Below, in pieces: positions 46,635-56,693 of a stretch of DNA of 64,000 bases. Source of the stretch: Fibrobacterota bacterium (GTDB lineage Bacteria; Fibrobacterota; Fibrobacteria; UBA11236); the NCBI GenBank assembly GCA_028287505.1, contig JAQBPN010000084.1, positions 22,147 through 86,146 on the forward strand, read 5' to 3'. Both the position numbers and the translations under genes were made by a program. Each line of letters starts with the position of its first letter. The stretch's first letter is position 1. The notes beneath the pieces were generated by a model, which ran no database searches, was not told the origin of the DNA, and saw only the letters and a list, made by a program, of their open reading frames with translations.

Positions 46635-49118
46635 TCAAGGCGGAGTAATTCGTTCCGCCCCAATCAGGGACAATTCGTTGATCTGCACGAATCCGGTGCC
46701 CGTAAGGCCCGTCACGGTAAAGCGGAATATTTTGAACGGCCGGGCCTTGTAGGCCTGCCTGGACCATGCATCCGCCGCCGCTTGCGGAACCGAGGCCAGT
46801 TCCATGAAGCTTCCGGACTTTCCGTCCATATCCGCCTGGGTGTCGGCGCCCGCCAGGCTCCAGGAATACCGGCCGGTGCCCAAGGACCCGGATAGGGCCG
46901 CGCCCGCGCCCATGGTCCAGACGGGCTTGTCGAAGGCGAAGGTAACCGAAAGGGGCCGGGAGGGAAAGACGCCCAGGCGCATCTGCTCGCGCACCTGGTA
47001 CCCGTTCAAAGCCTGCTTGAACAGTTTGATTTCCCGGATGCCGCCCGCATAGGTGCTCCATTCGGGATGGTTGCCGATGGTGACCGGCCGGTCGGTGATC
47101 TTCATCGGTCCCGTTACGGAAAGTTCATTGATCAATTCCCCATTGATGAAGATCCGCAATAGGGCTCCGTCATAGGTGCCGGTTACATGGGTCCACTCCC
47201 CGATTACGGCCGGGGCCGTAACCACGTAGGAATGTCCGTCGGGGGTGCCGTCCTCGATGACGATGCCGAAATTATATTGCCCGTCCACGATCTCCAGGGC
47301 GAAGGAGGTGGGCCAGTACAGCCTTCCCACCAGGGTGCGCCGGAATACCGTGCTATCGGGCTTGACCAGGGCCGTCACCGTCATGGACTCGCGGAAATCC
47401 AGATCGGGGGCGGGCTTCGCCGTCACTGTATCGTCGTTGCTGAATTGCGCCCAGGCGCCGGCGCTGTCGCTTTTGCAGACCAGGGAACCTTGCACCAATC
47501 CGTCATGGCCGTTTCCGGACAGGTCGGGTATGGAGGCCTTGCCGCAATCCTTGAAGTCCCAATCGGCTACGGGCTTGGGAATCAGGTCCGGATTGGAGGA
47601 CTTGAATTCGATGAGGCCGGGCAGCAGGGTGTCCCCGTCGTACAATCCTCCCGGGAAGCGGGCTACGCCCGGGCTTACGGCATTATGGGACGTGTAGGCT
47701 TTGGTGAAATCCACGGCGACGGGAGCATAAGCGGTGTCGTCGTCCTGGATGGAAAGGACGGCGCGCACGGGGTCGGCCAGGACGGCGCCATTGCCGGGAG
47801 AGTGCAGCACGGCCGCGAAACTTTCCGTCCCTTCCGCGCGATCGTCTTTCACCAGCAGGGCGTGCAGGGGCTGCAGGGTGTCTCCGGCGGCGAAGACCAG
47901 CTCGCCGCTCAGGGGCAGGTAATCCGAGTCCCGCACGGCGGTGGAATCCCGGAGATTCCATTTGACGGAAACGGGCCGGTCCGCGGGCCCGAGCCTGCGG
48001 ACCATGGCCACCACGGCGGCGTCGCTTTCCCGGGCGGAGAATTGCGCGCGGGTGAATTGGAACCGGATGGGAGATGCCGAGGGCGGAACATGCACCGGCG
48101 TAATCACGGCGGCCGCGCTGCGGTTGCCTTCCGCGTCCACGGCCGCCAGGCGATAAGTGCAGGCGAAGTCCGCGGTGTCGGGAACGGTCCGGTAAAGGGT
48201 GTCCCGGAAGACGGTGTCGCGGATGAGGATATCCGTAAGCGGGGTCTCGATCACGTTGGGGACGGACTCGATGGGTTTGCGGAACAGGATGTAACCGGCC
48301 ACGTCGGGCACTTCCGCCGGGTCCCAGGCCAGGACGGCGATGCGTTTGCCCTCGTCCACGGCGATGCGGAAGCCTTTGGGGGCGGGAGGCGGCCCGGCCG
48401 GATTGAGGACCAGAACCACCGTGTCCGGAAGGGGAGCGATGCTTCCGGAGACGACCTGGATGGGGCCCAGTTTGCGGGCCACGTATTCCGCGTTGTCGAA
48501 CTCCACCGTGTAGGAGCCTTCGGGAATGTTCAGCAGGGTGCAGCGTCCGCTTTCATCGGTAAAGGCCACGTAGGAAAGGCCGGGTATGTGGCAGGTGACG
48601 TTCTCCAGGGGTTTGCGGCCGGATCCGGGGCCAGAGCCGGCGCCCGCGGCGACCACGGCCGTGATGCCGCCCACGCGGCGCAGGTCCAGGTCCGCCGCCT
48701 GGGTGATGGACAGGGCCGTGACCTTTACGGAGGGCAGGTAGCCCACCCATTTCCCGCCCTGGCCCGGATTGGAATAGAAGCCGAGGATGCCGTAGTCGCC
48801 GGCGGCGAGTCCGGTAAAGCGGTATCGCCCGCGCGCATCCGCCAGGGTGGCCCGGAACCGGACGGTGTCCCGCAAGGTATCCGGGTTCTGCAGCACCCGG
48901 AGCAGAACGGCGCTGTCCGGCCGCGCGGCCGGGTCCCGCCGGAATGCATATACTTCCGCGCCCGCGGCGGAAGCGGCATCGTCCCGGGACAAGCCTCCCT
49001 GGATGCCCTGCATGCCCGTCTCGGTGCCGCTTTCCGTGCCCTGCATGCAGGCGAGCGGGACGAACAGGAGCAGGAACGCGATGGGGAAAAGGGGGAGGAC
49101 GGTTCGCAGGAGTTTCAC
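46635..49118 (-). CDS. Large lipoprotein with carboxypeptidase-regulatory-like, FN3-like, Calx-beta and LamG domains
   Basis: Lipobox PLAC; DARGRYRFTGL, AFTDESG..NIPEGSY, YRLAAVD..GNRS, Calx-beta DDRAEGTESF..IQDDD, LamG WTHVTGTYDG..IFING. GTG overlaps the TIGR02147 stop. Confidence 0.8.
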   Translation of the reverse strand: MKLLRTVLPLFPIAFLLLFVPLACMQGTESGTETGMQGIQGGLSRDDAASAAGAEVYAFRRDPAARPDSAVLLRVLQNPDTLRDTVRFRATLADARGRYRFTGLAAGDYGILGFYSNPGQGGKWVGYLPSVKVTALSITQAADLDLRRVGGITAVVAAGAGSGPGSGRKPLENVTCHIPGLSYVAFTDESGRCTLLNIPEGSYTVEFDNAEYVARKLGPIQVVSGSIAPLPDTVVLVLNPAGPPPAPKGFRIAVDEGKRIAVLAWDPAEVPDVAGYILFRKPIESVPNVIETPLTDILIRDTVFRDTLYRTVPDTADFACTYRLAAVDAEGNRSAAAVITPVHVPPSASPIRFQFTRAQFSARESDAAVVAMVRRLGPADRPVSVKWNLRDSTAVRDSDYLPLSGELVFAAGDTLQPLHALLVKDDRAEGTESFAAVLHSPGNGAVLADPVRAVLSIQDDDTAYAPVAVDFTKAYTSHNAVSPGVARFPGGLYDGDTLLPGLIEFKSSNPDLIPKPVADWDFKDCGKASIPDLSGNGHDGLVQGSLVCKSDSAGAWAQFSNDDTVTAKPAPDLDFRESMTVTALVKPDSTVFRRTLVGRLYWPTSFALEIVDGQYNFGIVIEDGTPDGHSYVVTAPAVIGEWTHVTGTYDGALLRIFINGELINELSVTGPMKITDRPVTIGNHPEWSTYAGGIREIKLFKQALNGYQVREQMRLGVFPSRPLSVTFAFDKPVWTMGAGAALSGSLGTGRYSWSLAGADTQADMDGKSGSFMELASVPQAAADAWSRQAYKARPFKIFRFTVTGLTGTGFVQINELSLIGAERITPP

Positions 49119-49969
49119 GGCCGGGTCCTCGCCTGGGGAAACAATTGGATGTTCAATTGGCACAGGCGGTCCGCGGGCTTCTCGTCCTTATGCACCAGGG
49201 ACCGCACTTCCGACAGGAACTTCTGCAGCTTCTTTTCGATCTTGACGTAGATGTCCGAGGAGACGCTCAAGGTCCGCGTGACGAAGGTTTTGGGTTGCAG
49301 GTCGGGATCGTAGAGGGCGGGCAGCCCCAGCTCGATGCATTTGGCCTGATAGCGTTTGACGAGGGCGTCGTTGGCGTCCGATTTCGAGAACAGGATCTTT
49401 TCGCCCGGCTTCCAGAACCCGCGCTTGTCCTGCCTGATGAAATTCAGCCGCTTCAACAGCTCCATGGAAGCCTTCACCTGGGGCACGGTGACGGGAGGAT
49501 AGAGCGCCTTGGCGATCTTCTCGTGTTCGTCCGAGATGTCGGCGATATCCAGGTAGGCGCGGATGGCGCTGGTATACCATTCCCGGTAATATTCATAGGC
49601 GCTCCTGTCCACCAGCATCCAGGGCGTGCGGTTCAAGGCGATGAGCTGATCCAGGTAGAACTCCCTTTCGTCCTTGACCACGGTCTGGTTGTACAGGACC
49701 AGGAATCGGAAATACTGGGCCTCGTCCCCGTCCAGGCCGAAAATGGGGATCAGCAATTCCATCTTGGCCTTGGAAAGCTGCTTCTTGCCCGCGATGATGT
49801 CGGAAAAGAAACTGCGGCTGTTGGGCAGGCCCATCTGGCGGCAGATGGAGGTCTTGGTGAACCTGTCGTCGCTGCCGGCGCGCCATTCGTAGGCTTCCGC
49901 CAGGAAGCGCTTGAAGTCCACGAAGCTGAAGATGTTGACGGGCGCCGGGGCGCCATGCGATTTTTCCAT
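49115..49969 (-). CDS. TIGR02147 family protein (HTH + DUF4423)
   Basis: NIFSFVDFKRFL, SFFSDIIAGKK, EAQYFRFLV, YEYYREWYTSAIR, QLNIQLFP. Start ATG 49969. Confidence 0.88.
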   Translation of the reverse strand: MEKSHGAPAPVNIFSFVDFKRFLAEAYEWRAGSDDRFTKTSICRQMGLPNSRSFFSDIIAGKKQLSKAKMELLIPIFGLDGDEAQYFRFLVLYNQTVVKDEREFYLDQLIALNRTPWMLVDRSAYEYYREWYTSAIRAYLDIADISDEHEKIAKALYPPVTVPQVKASMELLKRLNFIRQDKRGFWKPGEKILFSKSDANDALVKRYQAKCIELGLPALYDPDLQPKTFVTRTLSVSSDIYVKIEKKLQKFLSEVRSLVHKDEKPADRLCQLNIQLFPQARTRP

Positions 49970-50182
49970 ACCGGGCCAAAAAATAATACCCATCCCGGGA
50001 GACACCCGTGCATTTCTTGGAGAACATGAAAGTGGGAGAATGCAGGAAAAATGGGTCCTGAAATGCCGCCGGGGACGCGAGTCACCCATTTCCAGGGAGA
50101 ACAAGGCGAACATCCCGTTTAGGTTATATTTTTGCGAGGATTGATTGCGGATCTCCATTCACTACGCGAGCGGGCCCGTTCC

Positions 50183-50671
50183 ATGCTGACCATTTACATC
50201 GACGCGGATGCCTGTCCGGTCAAGGACGAGACCTACTCCGTGGCCAAGCGCCATCTGCTTCCCGTGGTGGTGGTGGCCAATTCGCCCATGCGCATGCCCC
50301 TGGAAAACACCATCCGGCTGCAGGTGGTCTCGGACGGATTCGACGCGGCGGACGATTGGATCGTGGAGCAGGCGGGGCCCGGGGACATCGTCATCACCGC
50401 CGACATCCTGTTGGCCGATCGATGCCTGAAGAAGGGCGCATTCGTGCTGGGGAATACCGGGCGGCCCTTCACCGAAGAGAATATCGGCGATGCCGTGGCT
50501 TCCCGGGAGCTGGCCACCGAGATGCGGGAGATGGGGATGATGCGCGGAGGGCCCGCGCCCTTCCAGAAAAAGGACCGCTCCGAGTTCCTGATGCAGTTGG
50601 ACCGCGCCATCCATGCGCTCAAGCGCCGCCACAAGCCCGGTACCCCTCCGTTGCTTCCCCCGGGAACCTGA
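50183..50671 (+). CDS. yaiI: YaiI/YqxD family protein (UPF0178)
   Basis: [36 protein letters not shown]. Confidence 0.93.
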   Translation: MLTIYIDADACPVKDETYSVAKRHLLPVVVVANSPMRMPLENTIRLQVVSDGFDAADDWIVEQAGPGDIVITADILLADRCLKKGAFVLGNTGRPFTEENIGDAVASRELATEMREMGMMRGGPAPFQKKDRSEFLMQLDRAIHALKRRHKPGTPPLLPPGT

Positions 50672-50673
50672 TC

Positions 50674-51159
50674 ATGGAAGGCATGAGCATTTTCCAAGCC
50701 GATCTCGACGATACCGGACACCAATCGGCCATTCTGGAACTGGTGGACATGTATGCCCGCGAGCCCATGGGCGGAGGCCGGCCGCTTCCCGATTCCGTCC
50801 GCGCCGGCATGATCCCGGGATTGCGCGCCCATCCCACCACGGTGGTTTTTCTGGCCCGCGTCGGGGACGTCCCGGTCGGCGTCGCCGTGTGCTTCGGTGG
50901 CTTTTCGACTTTCGCCGCCAAGCCGCTCCTCAACATCCACGATCTGGCGGTGCGCCCGGAGTTCCGCGGCCGGGGAATCGGCCGGGGATTGATGGAGGCG
51001 GCGGAAGCGCATGCCCGGGCCATGGGCTGCTGCAAGCTGACCCTGGAAGTGCTGGAGACCAATGCCCTGGCGCGGAAGGCATATCATGCCTTCGGATTCA
51101 ATCCCCTGTCGTATACGGGGGACACGGGGAGTTGCCTGTTTTACGCCAAGCCGCTTTGA
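50674..51159 (+). CDS. GNAT family N-acetyltransferase
   Basis: GFSTF, LNIHDLAV, FRGRGIG, KLTLEV..N..A..Y...GF. Confidence 0.92.
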   Translation: MEGMSIFQADLDDTGHQSAILELVDMYAREPMGGGRPLPDSVRAGMIPGLRAHPTTVVFLARVGDVPVGVAVCFGGFSTFAAKPLLNIHDLAVRPEFRGRGIGRGLMEAAEAHARAMGCCKLTLEVLETNALARKAYHAFGFNPLSYTGDTGSCLFYAKPL

Positions 51160-51322
51160 CCCCGGGTTTCCGCGAAAACAGGGTCAATTCGGCCCCGCGG
51201 GTGCCGGGATTCGGGAGTCGGAACCCTCCCGCCCGCGTATGTTTACAACGGCCGCATCGCTTTCCTCCCGGGAAGCGGTAGAATTGGACTATGCGGAACG
51301 AATGTGGAAGGACGAGGACGCG

Positions 51323-52813
51323 ATGATGACAAGGACGGTTTTTTCTTCGCTCGGCATGGCCTTGTGGCTGGCCGCAATCCCGGCCCTGGCCCAGGTGAAT
51401 CTTACCGGCAAAGTGGTGGGCTCGGACGGCAAGGGCATTCCCGGCGTGCAGGTAAGGCTGAAAAGCCTGAAGCTCACCGCTCTGACCGATGCGGACGGCG
51501 CCTATAGGCTGGACGGTAATTCCGGAATCCTGAGCCGATCCCAGGGAAACGCGCCTGTTACTCCCGCCTTCCGCCGGGGCCGGCTGGAATTCGGGGTCGC
51601 CGCGGACCGGGCCGATGTCCGCATCCAGGCTTTCGATCTGGCGGGGAAACCGGTGCGCTCCTTGGTGGATGCCCGCCTGGAAAAGGGAAGCTACCGGATC
51701 GATCCGTTCCCGGCCGGCTCGGAAGCGGGCCTCGCATTCCTCCGGGTCCGCATCGGATCGGAGAGCCATACCCTGAAACTGATCGGCGGCGGAGCCCTCG
51801 CCTCCGGGGCGGTTTCCGCGCAAGCGTCGGCCGGGTCCGCGCGCGCGGCGGCGAAGACCGCGGCCGCCGGATCCTACGACACCCTGCTGGTGAGCAAGGA
51901 CGGGTATTCCCCGGATTACAAGCGCATCAATTCCCTGGCTGGCGTCTATGATTTCTTCCTCGTCAGGCCGGCGGCGTTCTGGGGGGATCCCGCAAGTTAC
52001 CCCGCGGCCAAGAACGTGATGACCTACGTATTCCTCAATCGGACTAATGGCAAGTACGCGGACGACCAGGTCTTCTGGACCCTGACCGGCAAAGGGATCG
52101 CCACCCAGAACGGCAACCTGAAGGATCAACCCACCCTGGACGTGGCCGCCCACAGCGCGGGACGGGTGACCTTCCACCTGGGCACTCCCACCGGGGAGTA
52201 CTGGGATTTCATGGAACAGACCCTCGATGCCACGGGATGGCACGGCAACACCACCCGGGTGGACGGTTTCACCCTTCCCGTGGCCATGCGGCTTATCTGC
52301 GGGGACGGGCACGACGAACTTCTCGGAGAGAAGTACGAGGTCTTCTATCTGGGCCGGGACAAGTTTTTCGCGAAGTACAAGGCCTCGGTCCCGGTGGAAT
52401 TCCAGTCCACCATCGACAGCGTGGGCGGCAAGCGGATTGTCGCGCCCGGCAAGGGCGAAAAGGCCTTCGGCCCCAAGGACAAGTATGCGGATTATTTCAA
52501 CACCTATTTCACGCAGCTGGGGCTGGCCGGGGCGGTGACCCAGGATGCATTCGCCTGCGCCGGTCCCGTGTTCGGGCAGAACGCCCAATTATGCGGCGCC
52601 GTCAACCGGCACACGGCCCATCTGGCCAAGAGCGAATGGGGCAAGCCGGAGAACTTCTACCAGCAGGCGCCCGCGAACTATTACGCCAGGTTCTTCCATG
52701 AATACAGTTTCCAGGAAAAAGCCTATGGCTTCGCGTACGACGATGCCGCCGGGATGGCCGCCTATTCGGAATGCGCCAAACCCAAGACTCTCATCATCGC
52801 CATCGGTTTCTGA
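51323..52813 (+). CDS. Secreted GH64-like beta-1,3-glucanase with N-terminal accessory domains
   Basis: Signal peptide; AGRVTF, WDFME, NTTRVDGF, LCGAVNRH, NYYARFFH, AYGFAYDD. Confidence 0.8.
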   Translation: MMTRTVFSSLGMALWLAAIPALAQVNLTGKVVGSDGKGIPGVQVRLKSLKLTALTDADGAYRLDGNSGILSRSQGNAPVTPAFRRGRLEFGVAADRADVRIQAFDLAGKPVRSLVDARLEKGSYRIDPFPAGSEAGLAFLRVRIGSESHTLKLIGGGALASGAVSAQASAGSARAAAKTAAAGSYDTLLVSKDGYSPDYKRINSLAGVYDFFLVRPAAFWGDPASYPAAKNVMTYVFLNRTNGKYADDQVFWTLTGKGIATQNGNLKDQPTLDVAAHSAGRVTFHLGTPTGEYWDFMEQTLDATGWHGNTTRVDGFTLPVAMRLICGDGHDELLGEKYEVFYLGRDKFFAKYKASVPVEFQSTIDSVGGKRIVAPGKGEKAFGPKDKYADYFNTYFTQLGLAGAVTQDAFACAGPVFGQNAQLCGAVNRHTAHLAKSEWGKPENFYQQAPANYYARFFHEYSFQEKAYGFAYDDAAGMAAYSECAKPKTLIIAIGF

Positions 52814-52922
52814 AACCGGCGGAATCGTCCCTCCAATCCGCTTGAATCAACCCCTCAGGAACGTAATTTCGAGGTAGGGTTCCCGCGCCGGGAGCCCCTT
52901 CGAAACCGGACGGGGCCATGCC

Positions 52923-54596
52923 ATGATCTCCCTAAGCCCGAATCATCTCAAGCGCTATAAAGACATCGCCTCTCTGCTCATCAAGTACGGGCATTCCGAT
53001 CTTGTCAGGAAGATGAAGAGCGATTTCCCGGACATGGGGGACGCGGTCAACGAGTCCAGTGAGACCCAAGGCCGTCCCGGGGAATTCGCCCATGACCTGG
53101 AAAAGCTCGGCCCCACCTATATCAAGCTGGGGCAGCTCCTGAGCACCCAGACTTCCTGGATGCCGGAAGCCTATATCCTGGCCTTGGAAGAGCTGCAGGA
53201 TCGCGTGGAGCCTTTCCCTTTCGAAGAGGTGGATCGGGCCATCGCAGCCGAACTGAGCGCGCCCATCAAGAAGATCTTCCACGCGTTCGACGCGGAACCG
53301 CTCGCGGCGGCATCCCTCTCCCAGGTCCACAGGGCGGTCACGCATGACGGACAGGACGTGGTCGTGAAGGTGCAGCGGCCGGGCGTGCGGCAGACGGTGG
53401 TGCAGGATCTGGAGGTGCTGGACGAGGTGGCCGGGTTCATGGAGCGGCATACCCGGGCGGGCCGCCATTACCGCTTCCGGGAGCAATTAGGGGAACTCCG
53501 CAACGCCCTGCTCCGGGAGCTCGACTACAAGCAGGAAGCCCGGAACATGACCCTGATGCGCGAGAACCTGAGGGAGTTCAAAAATCTGATCGTCCCCGCC
53601 CCGCTGGAAAGCTATTCCTCCGACCGCGTGCTGACCATGGAATACCTGGCCGGGCGCAAGATCACCACGCTTTCGCCCCTGGCCCGCCTGGACGTGAAGG
53701 GCGCGCCCTTGGCGGAGGAGCTGTACCGCGCCTTCATCAAGCAGATCCTCATCGACGGCCTGGTGCACGTGGATCCGCATCCCGGCAACGTGTATCTCAC
53801 CGGGGACAATCGCCTGGTGCTCCTGGATTTCGGGATGGTCGGATACATACCGCCCCAGATGCAGAGCCAGCTCACCAAGATGCTCGTGGCGGTGAGCGAC
53901 GGGCGCGGAGAGGATGCCGCCGAGATCGCGTTGCGCCTGGGGCGGCGCGAAGACGGTTTCGATCCCCTGAAATGGCGGGATCTGACCGCGGGCATGGTGG
54001 CGGAATTCCAGAACCTGAAAGTCTCGGACATCACGGTCGGGCGCCTGTTCCTGAACATCGCCGCCATTTCGGAAAGCGCCGGAGTCTCTCCGCCTCCCCA
54101 GTTCATCACCTTGGGTAAGACGCTCTTGAAGCTCGATCGCGTGGCCAAAAGCCTGTCGCCGGATTTCAATCCCAACGTAACCGTCAAACGTTACGCTTCG
54201 GAACTGCTTCAGGAAAAGATGCGCAAGACCCTGAGCCTGGGCAAGCTCTACAATACGGCGCTGGAGGCCAATGAGTTCGTCCAGCAGTTGCCGGCCAAGC
54301 TGAACGCCATTCTGGACATGGCGGTGAACAACGACCTGCGCGTGCGCGTCGAAGGCCACGGCGAGGACAAGCTGATCGGCGGACTGCAGAAAATAGCCAA
54401 TCGCATCACCATGGGTCTGGTGCTGGCGGCCCTGATCATCGGAGCCGCGCTGCTGATGCGGGTGGATACGCCGTTCAAGATATTGGGATACCCGGGTTTG
54501 GCGGTGCTGTTGTTCCTGGGGGCCTGCGTCGGCGGTATACTGCAGATTTTCAGCATCATCAATACCGACGATACCTCGCGTCCAGGTCCCGCTTAG
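52923..54596 (+). CDS. ABC1/UbiB (AarF) atypical kinase family protein
   Basis: LGPTYIKLGQ, AAASLSQVH, VVKVQRP, ELDY..EA, HVDPHPGN, LDFGMVG; two C-terminal TMs. Confidence 0.92.
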   Translation: MISLSPNHLKRYKDIASLLIKYGHSDLVRKMKSDFPDMGDAVNESSETQGRPGEFAHDLEKLGPTYIKLGQLLSTQTSWMPEAYILALEELQDRVEPFPFEEVDRAIAAELSAPIKKIFHAFDAEPLAAASLSQVHRAVTHDGQDVVVKVQRPGVRQTVVQDLEVLDEVAGFMERHTRAGRHYRFREQLGELRNALLRELDYKQEARNMTLMRENLREFKNLIVPAPLESYSSDRVLTMEYLAGRKITTLSPLARLDVKGAPLAEELYRAFIKQILIDGLVHVDPHPGNVYLTGDNRLVLLDFGMVGYIPPQMQSQLTKMLVAVSDGRGEDAAEIALRLGRREDGFDPLKWRDLTAGMVAEFQNLKVSDITVGRLFLNIAAISESAGVSPPPQFITLGKTLLKLDRVAKSLSPDFNPNVTVKRYASELLQEKMRKTLSLGKLYNTALEANEFVQQLPAKLNAILDMAVNNDLRVRVEGHGEDKLIGGLQKIANRITMGLVLAALIIGAALLMRVDTPFKILGYPGLAVLLFLGACVGGILQIFSIINTDDTSRPGPA

Positions 54597-54649
54597 GAGC
54601 GGTCGGTCCGGCCTGGGACTGCCCGGTCCTCAGGACCGTCCGGTTCCGC

Positions 54650-56002
54650 TTATTCGGCGCTGCCCAATCTGCGCGGCGTCACGGCGGGGCATTCCCAGCC
54701 CGAATGGAAAACCTTGGCCTGGTCCGCTCCGAACAAGGGGGCGTGATAGTACACGGTCACTCCCGCCTCCGCCCCGCCGGATCCGAACGAAGGGTTTTCG
54801 GAGCAATCGTGATAGACATCGGGCGCCGGGGGCCCGGCAGGCTTCGCCCCCCGTTTTCCCGCCGGCGGTTCGATCCTCCATGCCTCTTTGCGGGCTTCCA
54901 GATAAGCCGCCGCCTTGTCCGTGTCGTATAAAGAGAGTGTAATGGCCGTGACGGTATTCTCACGCAGCCGCGCGAAGGATTCCAGGGCGATGGTCCTGCC
55001 CCACGCTTCCGCGTGCGCGGTTTCGAACGGGATGGGATTCTCCCGGGCCAGGCGCGCGAATGCGCGGGTGTCCAGGTACGACAGATGCAGTTCCCCCGGG
55101 GAGGCCAGCAGATAGGAGGCATACGGGGCGATGGCGCGCGTGGCCGCAGGGGTGCCGCCATGGCACGCGGACAGAACGATGAGGGAGAAGGGCTTGGCAT
55201 GGGGACAAGCGGGCCCTCCGAACCGCTCCAGACCGCGGGCGAAGGAAGCCACGGAAAAGGCCATGTCCGGCCGGGAGCGGGAGTAGGGTATCCCGCCGGT
55301 TACCGGAATCTCGTGTCCGAAATAGATGAAGAAACGGACCGGCCCGCGCCTGCCCCCCGGGGCCGCCGCCGCAAGCGAGGTGTCGAAGGTATCGATCATC
55401 GCCAAACCGCTGTCCGTGCGGGGCGGGCAAATCCCGGGGACGGGATAGGCCGAATATTTCAGGTACAGGGCCGCCTCCGCTCCCAGATCATCCTCCCGGG
55501 TGGAGCGGTCATAAGGCACGGTACGCACCAGCTTCCCTTTCCGGTAATGCCGCATGACCCCATCGGAACCCCGGAAGAACCACAGAAAGGGAGTGGGTTT
55601 TTGATGGAAGATGAAGACTTCCGCGCCCGGCGCGCCGCGCGCGACCTCCACGGCCTGGGCCACCGCCTCGGTATCGGCCAGATGGCGATCGCCATTCCGA
55701 TCGTAGTACGTATAGCCCGCGTCCCCGTGGACCACGTAGATGATTTGGAAGCGGATGCCCTGGGTGTCCCCGGCGGGGCTGGGGACCCGGATACCCATGC
55801 CGTCGGTCCCGGAATCCGGATCGCGGACCGGAGGGGCTGCCGGGGGGGGCGCCGGATCGGCGGCGGTATCGGATCCGGGGTATCTGGGGTAACCGCCGGG
55901 TTGCGGCGCGGAGGACGAGCAGGCGCAGAGCAGAACAAGGCAAAAGGCCCCCAGGGCCCAGGGAACGGCGCGGATGGAAGGCCGGATCCGGAGCCGCATC
56001 AT
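54650..56002 (-). CDS. Hypothetical lipoprotein with caspase/clostripain-like (clan CD) His-Cys motifs
   Basis: Lipobox LCAC, Pro-rich linker, FFIYFGHE, LIVLSACHG, YLLASP. Confidence 0.6.
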   Translation of the reverse strand: MMRLRIRPSIRAVPWALGAFCLVLLCACSSSAPQPGGYPRYPGSDTAADPAPPPAAPPVRDPDSGTDGMGIRVPSPAGDTQGIRFQIIYVVHGDAGYTYYDRNGDRHLADTEAVAQAVEVARGAPGAEVFIFHQKPTPFLWFFRGSDGVMRHYRKGKLVRTVPYDRSTREDDLGAEAALYLKYSAYPVPGICPPRTDSGLAMIDTFDTSLAAAAPGGRRGPVRFFIYFGHEIPVTGGIPYSRSRPDMAFSVASFARGLERFGGPACPHAKPFSLIVLSACHGGTPAATRAIAPYASYLLASPGELHLSYLDTRAFARLARENPIPFETAHAEAWGRTIALESFARLRENTVTAITLSLYDTDKAAAYLEARKEAWRIEPPAGKRGAKPAGPPAPDVYHDCSENPSFGSGGAEAGVTVYYHAPLFGADQAKVFHSGWECPAVTPRRLGSAE

Positions 56003-56003
56003 T

Positions 56004-56459
56004 CTAACGGATCAGAAGGAGGAGAATCAGCAGGATGATGATGATGGCGCCGCCGCTGAGGTATATGCCGCCGCCCACGGGCGCCTGTTCCATCCCTTGT
56101 TGGATGTATCCGGCGAATCCGTCCAGATTGGCGTCCGCCACGGGGGCGAACCCGGGCATGCCCTTCAGTTCCGAGTCATAGGCGTAGAACTTCCCGAGCA
56201 CGGAATGCAGGGACGCCCGGTCCTGCTCGGAAATGGATTGCATGGCTTCCGCCTTCTCCAAGCCCTGGCTCATATGCGTGATGAAATGTTCCAGGATCTG
56301 GCGCTTGGCGGCGGGATCCGGCGTGTTACGCACTTCCTGGACCATATCGTTCAAGGCCGCCTTATAGCGCTCCTCGAGCATGGCGGATCCGGGACTGGCC
56401 TTTAGCGGGGCCGTAGCCGCGAAAATACCTAAGGCCACTACTTGTAAAAACCTGTTCAT
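56004..56459 (-). CDS. Small secreted helical protein with Gly-rich C-terminal membrane anchor
   Basis: Signal peptide MNRFLQVVALGIFAATAPLKA, GGGAGA RBS; tail GGGIYLSGGAIIIILLILLLLIR. Confidence 0.8.
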   Translation of the reverse strand: MNRFLQVVALGIFAATAPLKASPGSAMLEERYKAALNDMVQEVRNTPDPAAKRQILEHFITHMSQGLEKAEAMQSISEQDRASLHSVLGKFYAYDSELKGMPGFAPVADANLDGFAGYIQQGMEQAPVGGGIYLSGGAIIIILLILLLLIR

Positions 56460-56693
56460 GACGGTTCTCCCTGAGGAATTGGTTTCGAGTTGAATAAAGG
56501 CTCTGGGAAGGCCGGATGCAAGAAAACGTCGTCCATCATTACGGGGCACTGCGTTTTTTGCTGGGGAAAAGGGTTATGGGGCGTCCTTTTTCGCGGACGC
56601 CAAACGCCGATTAGATTGAAAAGGGAATCCAGATAGCATATGATTCACCATAATTTTACCGGAACCGGATCCAACCCCGAATAAAGGCCCGAT

